From assembly GCA_002269645.1 (NCBI GenBank), contig NIVC01001253.1, positions 264,236 through 328,235 on the forward strand: a DNA stretch of 64,000 bases, read 5' to 3'. Of the stretch, positions 42,016 to 54,382 are shown piece by piece (within the stretch, counting starts at the first letter, position 1; each line of letters begins with the position of its first letter). Source of the DNA: Macrostomum lignano. Its lineage: Eukaryota. The notes beneath the pieces are model-generated. The model had not been told where the DNA came from, made no database searches, and worked only from the letters and a program-made list of their open reading frames with translations. Position numbers and translations under genes: made by a program.

Positions 42016-42904
42016 CATCACTCATATATCAAACTAACATTCAAAGCTCATTATCAGTTTCTTGTTTGCAAAATATTTTACTCTATTCTACTATATTATT
42101 AAGAGCTCTAGCCTTTTAAAATCAAATTAGATGGCTTTATAGGCTAAAATTATAATAACAATGATTAGAATTTTTATAAATACTGCAATCCTAAGATCTT
42201 AGCCTACTTTGTTAGAATCCTAGGATTGGCAAAGTTCAAGATAGGCCTAGCTTAATCCTAAGAATCCCAAGATTGGCAAAACTTGGGATTTTGTTTTTCC
42301 GATCTACTAGGTCTATTAAAATCTTATAGGCCTAGACTAGTTACTAGTAGAGTATTAAATATAAAGGAAATTTACCAAAAAATTGAATTTAACTTTAAAT
42401 AGCTAGACATGATATAGTAGGCCTATCTTATCCTATATACTAAAAATTAAAAAAAATATTTAATATCAGGCCTACCCTAGCCTTACTATTTTCCCAATTT
42501 TAGAAAAGTTGCTAATTTCTAAATGGCAGATGCCAATTAATGCCAATAGTTATTTGATATATCACATATTTTTATATTGACCAAGCAAAGGAATACATTT
42601 ATATGGTATACCATAACCATAAGGTCTTTATTCATTATCATGCTAGGCCTAAACTTTCCTACATGTTTTCCAGTCAGATGCCTTTTTTAGTTTTGTGTTA
42701 GGGCCTAGCACTATCGCTATGACGCTATGCCTATAGACCCTAGATAGAGTATAGGGCCTAGTATATCAGGCCTAATGATGGTAGATGCATTGCTTGTAAA
42801 TTAAATTTGCAACACAACAGTCAAAGTAAGTTTGTTAGGTTAGGCCTATAGACAAAGAAAACAAATCGAAATAGAAATAGAAAAAGAAAAATCATACAAA
42901 TAGA

Positions 42905-43080
42905 AAATTGATTCTGGTCCTGTGATTGGCAACTCCACTGCGAAAATCGTAAAAAATGGAGTGACCAAAATTGAAAAACATCAAGTCAGTAAAAAAACGA
43001 AGGAACAATCCAACAGACCAACATTTGTGATTTGATGTCATCAGGAGCGAGCGAGGCCAGACTGCGAGAATATTATCAGC
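42905..43080. promoter_or_regulatory. Candidate (bidirectional) promoter between divergent MOSPD1 and ZBBX
   Basis: Small CpG-containing patch within AT-rich DNA: GATTGGCAAC (CCAAT overlapping an RFX half-site), TGATGTCA, GAGCGAGCG. Both genes have a splice acceptor just before the ATG, implying upstream non-coding exons. Confidence 0.3.
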
Positions 43081-43843
43081 TGTTTAAAGTCAATAAGTTT
43101 AAAACAAAATTTTATGTCAAAAATAATTAAGTTTGTACAAGTGCATTATGCGAGCTCTTTGTTTATTTTTATAAAAGCTTATTATTACAATAAATTGTTG
43201 TCTAATGATATACTTTAAAGTTGTCAGAGTCATTCCTTTAATTTGACTTGAAGAAGGAGACACATTTACGATGTAGTAGTAATACTAGTAAGGATTGATT
43301 GGCTTAGCTTTAGGTTCAAAATAAATAAATCCGCTCTGTATTTACAGCATTAAGTGAATTCTTGCAGATTTGAGATTGACTGAAATTGGCAGAATATTTT
43401 TTTTCGCAATCAGATGTCGGTTTGTCTTTGTCTAATTTGTCTCTCTAGAGTCTAGTTAAAACTTTCTAATTTGACCATGACGGAGATCTTATAATAAAAA
43501 CAACAGGATTTTTACAATCGCCTTGTTAAAAAATACGTAGGTTTTTTAACTCATACATCCTAAAGAAGACTAAAGAAAAGCTTAGCGTAGAATAATTTTA
43601 GATTTTTTTAAACATGGCTTTCATTTGCGAAACAATTACCTACGAGTATAAAAAAGCTGCATTCGCATATGCTTTTAAGAAATTATTCAGAATTAATTTC
43701 ATTTTTAAAAAAAAATTTGGTTGCTTTAATCACGTTGAATGAGTGTTCAAAAAAGGAAAGTATATAGATGAACTAGATAATTTTACTAAACTTTTTTGGA
43801 AGATTGAATACTGGAATACATTCTTTAGATGTACTCGACTAGC

Positions 43844-44029
43844 CAGTGGCGTAGCCAGGACTTCATTCTGGGGGGGTTGGGTCACAGTCAGTCACAGGCT
43901 CACAGCGGCAACGGGGGGCAGGAGGTGCTAGGCCTCTGCGACGGGGGAGGGGGCCTGAAAATTTGGCCTTGATCAGCCGGCTGGGGGGTCATGATCCCCA
44001 TGACCCCCCCCCCCTTGGCTACGCCCCTG
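43844..44029. mobile_element. 186-bp MITE with 8-bp TSD (hAT-type)
   Basis: Imperfect TIRs CAGTGGCGTAGCCAGG / CTTGGCTACGCCCCTG; CGACTAGC duplicated at 43836-43843 and 44030-44037. Confidence 0.85.
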
Positions 44030-44365
44030 CGACTAGCTAACATCACAAATAAAATTTATACATTAGTGTAGCTTTTTAATCATCTGTAGAGCAAATGAAG
44101 ATTTAATCCATGTATATAGCTTGATATAACATCATTTTATTATTCTTTCTATATATGTTTGACATGATTTGCTAAGTTGGTAATAAGTATGTACCTCTTA
44201 TTTTAATTTTTGGATGCAAAAGACTTGCTTTGATATTATTTTCAAAAAGCTGTATCCAATTTTTTAAAAATGAATCTGATAAATTATTTATAATTGACAG
44301 AAAATGATAGCCAGTGTGATAGACAGTTCGATTTTCGCTTCTAATTTCAGTCATCATCAGTCACT

Positions 44366-47300
44366 ATGATTAACTTTCACAATAAGACAACAAAGCAGTG
44401 AGTAACACATAATTGTTTTTTATTCAATGTTTTTGTTTTGATAAAACACTTTTTTAATTTTTTACAATATTTTTAACAAAGCTTTATCTTTTATTCATCT
44501 AGGGCACTTCTGCATCAGACTAAACAGTCCACAAAGCAGATGGAAGAGGAAACAAAAAAGATGGAAGTTCGCCTCCAAGAGCTTAAACTGGCAATGGAGA
44601 ATGAGCGACAGCAGAGGGCGTGAGTTGATCAAAATATTCAATTTAAAATCGTGCGCTTGTACGCAAATTCTATCTGTACTCAATGCGCTCAACCCCAAAA
44701 CCACCACCACCATTGTCACCAAACTGCAGAGTCAGTGGCAACCCCGGCTTCTGGTCGCGTGGTCAGGCTGGCGCGCTAACTAACTACAAGTCAGTCAGCG
44801 CTGGCGCTAAAAAACCGGCGCCGCCCAGCAGTGGTCCACCGGTGAGAACCGATGTGACAGACAGTGATAGCCAATGTGACTGACAGTGATAGCCAATGTG
44901 ACAGGCAGTGATAGCCAATGTGACAGACAGTGATAGCCAATGTGACAGACAGTGATAGCCAATGTGACAGGCAGCGATAGCCACTGTGGCAGACAGTGAT
45001 AGCCAATGTGACAGACAGTGATAGCCAAAGTGACAGGCAGTGATGGCCAATGTTACAGACAGTGATAGCCAATGTGACAGACAGTGATAGCCAATGTGAC
45101 AGACAGTGATAGCCAATGTGACAGACAGTGATAGCCAATGTGACAGACAGTGATAGCCAATGTGACAGACAGTGATAGCCAATGTGACAGACAGTGATAG
45201 AAGTAACCGAAAGACAAGTTGATCTATGCTCTATAGGAAAAATACGAATATTAAGGACTACAAAGATTCAACCCACCTCCCTACTCAAATCCTACAACAG
45301 CCCGCCGGCTCTACAAAAGCCGCTGCATCTTCAGTGCGGAAAGTGAAGCTGATCAAAGACGAGCCGATCAACCTGCCGGACAGGACCGCAGCTGCTGCCG
45401 CGATCCCGGGCACCCTGGCACACCTGGCCAACAGAGGTGCGGCTGTCGCTAACGAGGACTCGAACGTTAGAAAGCCTACTGGAGGCCGCACTCGAGGCGG
45501 TGGAGGTGGCGGAGGTGTCAGCGCAGCAGGCGGCGGAGCGCCTCGTTGCGGCCAGTGCGAGGACCGAGCAGCAGCGGTGCTGTGCCCGGAGTGCGCTGAG
45601 GAGTACTGCGCCAGGTGTTTCGCCGCCTTCCACCTGAAAGGAGCGTTGAGAAAGCATCGCTCTTTGCCTCTATCGGCTGTGAGTTGCTGGGGCCAACACG
45701 GTAGCTGATTAACTGTCAATTGGGCAGGGGGACCCAGTAAAGGTCAAGTTGGGTCAATGCTCCCTTGGAAAACAAGTTAAAATACTGCAATCAAACAACG
45801 TATTTTTGTGGCTATGGTACAAGGGGCACCACGATGCAATCAAACACACTTTACAGTCGATAATGCTTAAGCATACCTAGGATTTTTTATTTAATAAAAC
45901 GAAATTACATAAATTCTGTTTGCATGGCCTCAGGTGAACACCCCGCGTCAGTCGCTCGGCCAGAATCTTTCCACTGGAGCGCCAGCAGCAGCTGCTTCAT
46001 CGAGCAGCGGAGGCGGGGGCGGCGGTGATGGGGTCTTCGAAGACACCAGCCGTCAGACCCGGCGCAACATGGTTCGCCAGCTGCTCCACGGAGACGAAGG
46101 CGAGTCGAGTTCGTCCACCTCAGAGGCGATGGCATCCAATGGCGGCGGAGCCCTGCTCACTGGCGAGGTCGACGAGCGGCAGAACGCCGAGGAATTCCGA
46201 CGCGCCCTGGCCGAGTGGCGATCCGGTGGAGGCGGCGAAGCGCAGAAGCCAACGGCAGAGCCGGCAGCTGCTAGGAAGAAGCCAGCGGGCCAGCAGCAGC
46301 GGCAGCAGCCGAGGCAGCAGACGTCCAGCCACGGGACTGCGACGGAAGACGACAACGGCGGCCGATTGTCGTCTAGACTGGAAATCAAGTTCACCTCGTC
46401 GTTGAGCTACGCCGAGCAGCTGCTGTTACAGAAGCATCGTCGCGCTGATGTTGGCAAGATGCCCAGCTACCAAGGCGAATCTAGCGGCGCTAACGACACG
46501 TTTGAAGAAATCCGCAGCATGCAACGCCAGCAGAAGGAGTTGGCGGAGACGCCGCGGAGCTCGGGAAACGACTTGGAGCGATTGCCTGCCAGGGTGAGTG
46601 CAAAGTTTTGATCCATTTTTATTATTCAGTTTACTAACTTGGTACGCTTAAAATGTCACAAAGTGAGAGCAAGCGCTTAGTCTCGATTCTAGCTTTTGAC
46701 ACAATTTAGATTGACAACTTTTGCTTCACCCCCCCCCCCCACAAAAATTGCGCTCATCCAAAAACTAAATGAATTAGTGATAACCAGCTCAATGAATGAC
46801 GTGAGCTCAACTTTTGCCATATCTTGGACAGGCTGTCCAACGGCCTAGAAGACTGGAGTGTGGGTTCCCACCAAGAGACAGGGGTGACAAAAAGAGACAG
46901 GGGCGACCAACAAGAGACAGGGGCGCCCAACAAGATACAGGGGTGATCGATTAACAAGAGACAGGGGCGACCAACAAGATACAGGGGCGATCGATTAACA
47001 AGAGACAGGGGCGCCCAACAAGAGACAGGGGCGCCCAACAAGAGACATGGGCGACCAACAAGAGACAGGGGCGACCAACAAGAGACAGGGGGAATTTTTT
47101 CATTTTTAAATCAAGAATTTAACACCAAAGACTCCAAAAGAAATATCATTATCAACCCGTGAGCACTTATTAAAGAATTATATAATTTTTTCTCATTTAA
47201 AACCGGGGCGCCCACCAAGAGACAGTGGCGACCAACAAGAGACCCCTCCAAACAAAAATTCCTTCCTATGCAACCGTTTCGAGTACTTATATAGAAGATG

Positions 47301-49184
47301 CGTCGCCTTTTCGCAGACGAATCGAACCAAAATCGACGATATGTTTCCGGCGCAATTGGACAACGCTGACGAAGCTGCGCCACCGCCTGACGACGAAGAG
47401 GAAACTCCTCGGGCGCCACCAACCCCCTCTGAATCTGGTTCTCGTCCAGGTACGGCCCGCAGTCAGCGGCAGCAGCAGCGACGGCGGCAGCAGTTCGGTC
47501 TCGAGTGGCAACGGCCGAAGACTCCGGCAGGTTCAGGGAGGTCATCGGCGACGCCGCGCAAGCAGCAGCAGCACAAGCTGACGGCAGCGGCCACGGGTGG
47601 CCTATCTGCACTTCTGGCGCGCCAGTCGATGATGTCAACGATGGAATCCTCATCGAGTCAGCAGGAGCGCAGCTTCTTGATGATGGGCGTTGAGGACAAA
47701 TCGGCGAACGCGACCTCTTCGTCCAATGCAACTCGTCGTCAGGGCAACGTCGCCCCCTGGAGCTCCGGCGACAGTCGGCCCTCCTCGGCGGCCTCCTCGA
47801 GACCATCTAGCGCCCTTAGCAACCGTTTCTACGCCCTGAGCGGCCGTCAATCCTGGCGTCCCGATGCAAGCCTGCGAAGCGCCGGTCTCGACGCGGAACA
47901 GTTGCTAAGGACTCGAGCTGAAGCCGACCGGTTGCTAATGTCAGCCTCCAGCGGACAGAGACCGGACAGCGGCCGGATGCAGCTGGAGGATGTCGAGATC
48001 GAGACGGAGGCGCGCGTGCTTGCAGCGATGCCGCTCAGCCGGCCGGTCAGCGCTCGGACAGAGCGTCAGCGTCTGCGAGCTTCGGCTGCGGCGGCTTCCC
48101 GAGTGTCCAACGGCGATCGAGTCGCCTCCATGGAGTTGGACGTGACCGCCGACTACCTTCAAGATGATGTCGAGCATCTGAGTCGACTGGCGATTGAGTT
48201 GGCCACTCGAGAGGAGCCGGAAGGTGATCTATTCTGCACATACAAGTGTGCTGATACTGTACGCAGGCACGCACTCATACACATGCTCACACAGGGTGTA
48301 CAGAGGCACTGATTTTTTGATCGTCATGCATGTACACTCTCTGTGCCATGGGGGTTGGCCAGTCTTGAAATGATTGTGGCCGCGCACAGATTCAAATCAG
48401 GGGTGTCGCGGCTGGCGCGAGACTGCATTGAGAGCTCAAATTACGACAAGGCATCTCAACATACAACTTGTTACTTTGTAAACAATCAATCTTCAGAATC
48501 TAACGCCGACGAGATGAATCATCCGGCTGTCGCGGGTCTGGTTGGCAGAGAGCTCACCCAGGAAGACAAGGAAAGGTGAGAGTTGGGTCTGGTTGGCAGA
48601 GAACTCACCCAGGAAGACAAGGAAAGGTGAGAGTTGGGCCTGGTTGGCAGAGAGCTCACCCAGGAAGACAAGGAAAGGTGAGAGTTGGGTCTGGTTGGCA
48701 CAGAGCTCACCCAGGAAGACAAGGAAAGGTGAGAGTTGGGCCTGGTTGGCACAGAGCTCACCCAGGAAGACAAGGAAAGGTGAGAGTTGGGCCTGGTTGG
48801 CACAGAGCTCACCCAGGAAGACAAGGAAAGGTGAGAGTTGGGCCTGGTTGGTACAGAGCTCACCCAGGAAGACAAGGAAAGGTGAGAGTTGGGTCTGGTT
48901 GGCAGAGAGCTCACCTAGGAAGACAAGGAAAGGTGAGTCGGGTCTGGTTGGCAGAGAGCTCACCCAGGAAGACAAGGAAAGGTGGGAGCCGAGCGTTTCT
49001 TTTAGGCCTCCAGGTGTCACTTTAGGTTCTGTTTCTACATGTATTCAACATGCTTGTCTAAGAATTAACTACGAGTTGGTTAAAAACTAATTGCAGACAA
49101 CTGCAGGAATGGGACGACAGTGACATGGACCGCATGGACACTGAACGATACGATGATCGAGATGAAGTTCGGCAGCTGCATTAA
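44366..49184 (+). CDS. ZBBX: Zinc finger B-box domain-containing protein, 790 aa
   Basis: Exons 44366-44397, 44503-44619, 44730-44841, 45301-45678, 45934-46593, 47317-48223, 48497-48575, 49097-49184 splice in frame (2373 nt). Coiled coil MEEETKKMEVRLQELK, FWSRGQAG, RKVKLIKDE and B-box CGQCEDRAAAVLCPECAEEYCARCFAAFHLKGALRKH resemble ZBBX. The first exon is least certain. Confidence 0.85.
44853..45200. repeat. 22-bp minisatellite in ZBBX intron 3
   Basis: GTGACAGACAGTGATAGCCAAT. Confidence 0.95.
46855..47092. repeat. About 21-bp minisatellite in ZBBX intron 5
   Basis: ACCAACAAGAGACAGGGGCG; related units at about 47205-47250. Confidence 0.88.
48235..48430 (-). mobile_element. Diverged partial copy of the same SINE in a ZBBX intron
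   Basis: Reverse complement shares gtgtacatgc and acaccctgtgtgag...gtgcctgcgtac..tatc with the 36087 copy. Confidence 0.55.
48535..48985. repeat. 51-bp minisatellite x9 overlapping the ZBBX exon 7 donor
   Basis: GGTCTGGTTGGCAGAGAGCTCACCCAGGAAGACAAGGAAAG|GTGAGAGTTG. Confidence 0.96.
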
Positions 49185-50705
49185 AGAAGTGGCTGTTATT
49201 GTTAACAAAGATCATTGCGTTAGTGAAGTGGATTAGCGAAATTCTAAATGAAATATTTACGTTAAAATACACATGATGAAGGCAATTTTTACATACTTTC
49301 TGGTTCAAATTTAAACAGAATTTAAAAAGATTGAAGGATATTAGTTTTGAAAAACTACAATACCGCAATGAGTGGTACGTATGCTTTTTCAGCTGAATGT
49401 TAACGTTGCAAATTATGAAATAGCTAATGCATGTTGAAATGAAATTTGGCCTTCAATAAAAAGTCTGTAACTTAGGCTCCATGCGTCCTTGCACTTTAAC
49501 AGTGTTCTCTGCAGGTGAACGCTGAATGTTATTTGATGTTTTTAGCCGAACGGTCTTCTTAACCAACGTTTGTTCAAATATTGTTAAAGCAAAGTCCTGG
49601 GGCGATGACTCAGTAAAGTGCATGTAATTTATGTACATCTTTTTTTCGTCCCTGGCCTGCTCTGAATGAATTTAGTACAATGGGAGGGCTGCGTCTTTAG
49701 TCGTAAGAACTGTAAGCTTTCCTTTGTCTTAACTAAGATCCCTTGTTTCCTGCTTTACGTCAAGTGCTGTTCTTTACTCTTTCAAGTTAATTACCATTTT
49801 TATTCTTTGTGATGATAACAAGGGCCGGCTTTTTCTATAGTCTCGTATGCTCTTGTGAGTGTCAACACTGATTCACCTGCGACTGCTTTATTTTACAATT
49901 GATAATAAATTTTACTAATAAATTTGATTTTCCTCTGTTAAAAAAATTGGTAATGTCAAGACGTACGTTCGGAGACTGTTTCAAAACGAGTTCAGTTAAT
50001 TTCAATTCGCTCGCGCAAGCACAAGTAGTAAGGTAGTTATGCCATGCAGGGACTTCTGCGGTGTAAATTTACGATGCATTGAATAGAAAAGAAGGGATTG
50101 AAAACTCGGCTTTAGTGATTAAGAAATATTAGAGATGGCTGATTGAAAGGAAAATGAACATATGTTATATTTATTAGCTTTTCTTACTAAAAAGTAAGTT
50201 AAATATCCAAGGATATGTCACTAAAATCTAACTACGGACGCATTAACTAACGAGTGAAACAAAAGAACGGGAGGACAGGAGTTTGGTTCGTTACAAATAA
50301 GCAAAGCTCATTGTCGGTTCTTTTACTGAACCAATCCTTGCTGGCATTGAACTTCTCAATCGCCTCTTGACAGAAAACTGGAAACTTAATAGGAATGGAA
50401 TCCGTCTTCTTGAACAGTTCAAGCTCTCGATTATCATCAGCAGTTGCGCGCGATTCAAGCAAACTCGGTAGGTGGATCAGCCGGACGTTTTCGCCTCTTC
50501 TTTTTGACCATTTTGGCTCCCGGAAGCCAATGCAGTCTGCAGATCTCCAAACTTTTTACTTTGCCATTGGGCAATGCGGTTAAATAGCGCTGACGCACCG
50601 CTTCGTCCGTGGGTTGAGCAGCCACACTACATTGCAGAAGTCCCTGGTTATGCTCATCACTCAACTGATGAGTAGAGAGAGAGTGATCTTCTTCTTGAAG
50701 CAAGA

Positions 50706-51445
50706 AGATTTTCGGCCCGCACTGAACTCATTCTGGAACCGCGGCTTTTGTAAGCAGTGCCGTCATGACGCTGGAGCTGTGCATCCGAATCTGCGCCTAC
50801 GGTCGGTTCCGTTACTTCGGTGCTCAGGCTGGAGTATACTGCTGCTGCGGCTCCGCTTACGGCTCGCACGGTGCCGCTCCTGAAATCAGTGCAGATCTGT
50901 CTGCACTGGAAACTCGTCACAGGTGTGCGGTGGAGGCTACAAAAATTCAATCTACGAAATCAGCTACCAACAAAGTACGAAGTTTACCCACTGCAAACTT
51001 TCTCTAAGTACATTTAAAAAGATGTAAAAGAAGTGACACCCGACTTTCAGAAGTCAATTTTTTTTATTCTTAGATATGCTCGTGATTTTTTTCATTTATT
51101 TCTTTCAGCTGAACTGAATTATTGTGGCAATGCTTATGGATATGCAATCGTTGTGTCGAGCCTAAACCATTCTTGTAAAAACGCACCCGTAGGTGATCGT
51201 GTAATGAAAAAGCTGGCTGTAGCATCAATGCCGAGCATCTCAGCCTCCAGCAGCTCCACAGCTCCATCACCCACTGCGACGCTACAGCCTATAACGTCAT
51301 TGAGTGCGTTTCGGTCTGTCAACGCAGTCAGGACTGCCTGGGCTGCGCCTTCACGCCATCGAGCCGGCTGTGTCGCCTGCTAAAGTTTGCCGCTGTGCCC
51401 GCTGAGGTGGCCAGCGAGGCTGAGTGGGTTTGGATGAAGCTGTGA
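50706..51445 (+). pseudogene. WSC-PAN paralogue A, 5'-truncated pseudogene
   Basis: No signal peptide; CGA>TGA near 50721; 1-nt deletion at cctgaaatcagtgc; 8-nt duplication cagctcca in exon 2. Intron 50975-51192 is nearly identical to that of paralogue C. Confidence 0.85.
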
Positions 51446-51640
51446 GGCTGAGTAGGTCTGAATGAAGCTGTGAGGCTGAGTGGGTCTGGATGAAGCTGTG
51501 AGGCTGAGTGGGTGTGAATGAAGCTCTGAGGCTGAGTGGGTCCGGATGAAGTTGTGAGGCTGAGTGGCTCTGGATGAAGCTGTGAGGCTGAGTGGGTCCG
51601 GATGAAGCAGGGAGGCTAAGCGTGTCTGGATGAAGCTGAG
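51416..51640. repeat. 28-bp array at the 3' end of WSC paralogue A
   Basis: GAGGCTGAGTGGGTCTGGATGAAGCTGT. Confidence 0.93.
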
Positions 51641-52199
51641 AATGATTGCAAGCAAAGATATTTCATAAAGATGCTCAAAGCCTGCTCAAAAGCAACTCAT
51701 AATAGCTCCTATCTGCTATAACTCAAAGTGAAAAATGTTTATTAGTAAATTCGAAAGTACGTTGCTGGAATACGAACTGAAGCTGCTATCACTATTAAAT
51801 ATTAATTTCGTTAAACTGTGGGACCCAAGAGACTTAAAAAAGTTGGAGAACCTTTTCTTCTTCATTTAACCATTTGGTTTCCTAACCATCTGATGAGGGG
51901 TTGAATTAACCAACTGAAACTACATGTAAATATTGCAACTAGCACATGTCAGCAGGTGCTAAAGCCCCTGGTGCCGCCGCTCCTGGTGCTGGCGCGCCTG
52001 GTTCTAAAGCCCCTGGTGCTAAAGCCCCTGGTTTATTAATTATACATTTAAGCACTAAAAAATTCAAACAGAGGCCAGAAGAAATTGCAAATATTTAGCA
52101 ACGATCACTCAAAAAAACAAATTCAAACAAAGGCCAGAAGAAATTGGCCCAATTGGCCCAGACTAATAAAACTTGTACAAGTCCATGTGCTTGTATGGG

Positions 52200-52380
52200 A
52201 GGGGCCGTAGCCCAATGGTCAAGCGCGGCACTCTTACACCCTGTGTGAGTGTGTGCCAGTGCGTATGACGCCGTAGGAATGGGCAGTCAGTAATGCTTTT
52301 CGCCTGTTGCGTGACAATGTCGCATAAAGTTCGCAAGGGTGCACACAGCCCCCCTGCCTCTAATAAATCAAATAAATAAC
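52200..52380 (+). mobile_element. Internally deleted copy of the same SINE
   Basis: GGGGCCGTAGCCCAATGGTC head joined to acaccctgtgtgagtgtgtgcc...ggaatgggcagt...cccctgcctctaataaa tail. Confidence 0.65.
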
Positions 52381-52395
52381 GTGCCACGACCTCAC

Positions 52396-52768
52396 TTGGT
52401 CGGGTAGCTGATTTCGTAGACTGAATTCTTAAATACTCCACCGCACATCTGTGCAAGGTTTCCGGCGCAGGCCGAGCTGCAGTCGGTCTCAGGAGCAGAG
52501 CCATTTGAGCCGTAGGCGAAGCCGTATCTGCAGTACTCTGAATTGAGCACCGAAGTAGCGGAACCGGCTCCAGAGTCGTTGCAGCGCTTCCTACGAAATT
52601 TGGTATGTCAGGCTTAACTGACTGCGGCCCGAAAGCTGTGACTCCAAAGCAGACCTTTCAAGTGTCTATCAGTCTCAAGTCCCTTTCAAGGAATAGAAAC
52701 CAAGGTAGCGAAATCCCAGAGGCTGCAGCGGAGCAGCTGCCAGACAGCCACAATAAAGGACTATCCAT
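52396..52768 (-). pseudogene. WSC-PAN paralogue B, decayed exon 1 only
   Basis: QPLGFRY, GVTAFGP, RFRYFG, CSSACAGN..QMCGG.FKNSVYEISY recognisable across frameshifts; LCSQICAYG segment deleted; no exon 2 seen. Confidence 0.8.
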
Positions 52769-53413
52769 GTAGATGGACAGGAAAATATACTTCTTGGAAA
52801 ATTTTACCATTATATTATACATTTCACTATACAGTTTTTCCTTCACTTCCACGAGTGAAGGAAAAAAGGAAGGAAGTGAGATGCTTTGGGAGCTCCATCT
52901 TTACCCATCGATCTACCTGCTGTAGAAGCTTACATGCTCTTACAGAAACTCTCGAGCCATAAGTCCTCTTGTTCAATTCCTTTAAACTGAATAAATTTGG
53001 TTTTGAGCTTGTCCTGCGTCCATCAGTTGCTGTTTCTCAAGTCGCAGCATCTGGGGGGCCGCTCAGACCATGCGTGAATAGGTGCGCGTGTGAAATACCA
53101 CCTGGTTCATTAATGCATCGATGTAGCTAGTTGCAAGAGCAAGGCAGCTTCAATCATCTTCATGACAGCAATCAGCTTTCTCCCCATCGACTTTCCCCAT
53201 CATTCAAACTACCAGCTGATTATGCCATGTCAATTCGTTTATCTCGACCAGCTGCTGTGTGAGAACTGCATCATTTGTCGCCTACTCTATGGCTGCTCCA
53301 ACTAATGAGGCTTTTTGTCGCTTTTCCTGTCATTTTTTATTCGATCCATGGTAACTCAAATTTATGTTACTGAATGTGTCATGTACAATGTCATCCGTGC
53401 GAAATGTGTCATG

Positions 53414-53495
53414 TGCGTATCGGATGGTGCCAGTGTCATGCTCGGTCCGCGTGACGGCGTCGTAGCTCGGCTGAAGTGAATCATTCCTCACATCG
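53414..53495 (+). mobile_element. Decayed hAT transposase fragment
   Basis: CVSDGASVMLGPRDGVVARLK*IIPHIVE* matches the hAT catalytic xDGASVMxG...GV.A.LK motif; contains stops. Confidence 0.7.
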
Positions 53496-53989
53496 TCGAA
53501 TAAATACCGGGATATAGTGTCAGACAATTTGCCTGCGTATTGTAATAAGCAGCTGAGGGTGCAGTACACTCATTTTAGCAGGTGCCAAAATATAAATATC
53601 GATGAGAATGAAGAGTAGCTAAAAGTGCTGCTCTCGTTCGACTCTTCAAATGACGAAATTAAGCGTGGGTTAACAGTGCCCACAACAAAATGATCAATTG
53701 TTGTTGCTCAGTACCCAAATTCGGATAGCTACTTTTTCAATAGCGAAAAACAGAGTTTCAGAGTTCCATCAGTTTATATTTCGTACTTTTGACACCTACG
53801 AAACCTTTTACTATTTAAAGCAGTCTTTAAAAATATTAATCTGCAGTTTATAGTTAGAATTCTTTACTAAAAACTTACTTTAAACTCAATACAAGGCACT
53901 GACAACAAAATCGCTTTAAATTGAGAACCTCTATGAATAAATAAAGTTTAGAATATGTTGCTTAGAAAACCCAGTGCACCCATGAACAC

Positions 53990-54382
53990 AGTTTCATCCA
54001 GCTGGAACCACTCAGCCTCACAGCTTCATCGAAACCCACTCAGGCTCACAGCTTCATCCAGACCCACTCAGCCTCACAGCTTCATCGAAACCCACTCAGC
54101 CTCACAGCTTCATCGAAACCCACTCAGCCTCACGGCCTCATCGAAACCCACTCAGCCTCACAGCTTCATCGAAACCCACTCAGCCTCACGGCTTCATCGA
54201 AACCCACTCAGCCTCACAGCTTCATCGAAACCCACTCAGCCTCACAGCTTCATCCACACCCACTCAGCCTCACAGCTTCATCCACACCCACTCAGCCTCA
54301 CAGCTTCATTCACACCCACTCAGCCTCACAGCTTCATTCACACCCACTCAGCCTCACAGCTTCATCCACACCCACTCAGCCT
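53990..54382. repeat. 28-bp array at the 3' end of WSC paralogue C
   Basis: Same unit on the minus strand, about 13 copies. Confidence 0.93.

Noticed and set aside
45285-48274. Antisense and alternate-frame ORFs over ZBBX exons
   Set aside because: Expected by-products of GC-rich coding sequence.
34530-48985. CRISPR-like appearance of the 35-bp and 51-bp arrays
   Set aside because: Head-to-tail units with no unique spacers, no cas genes, eukaryotic context.
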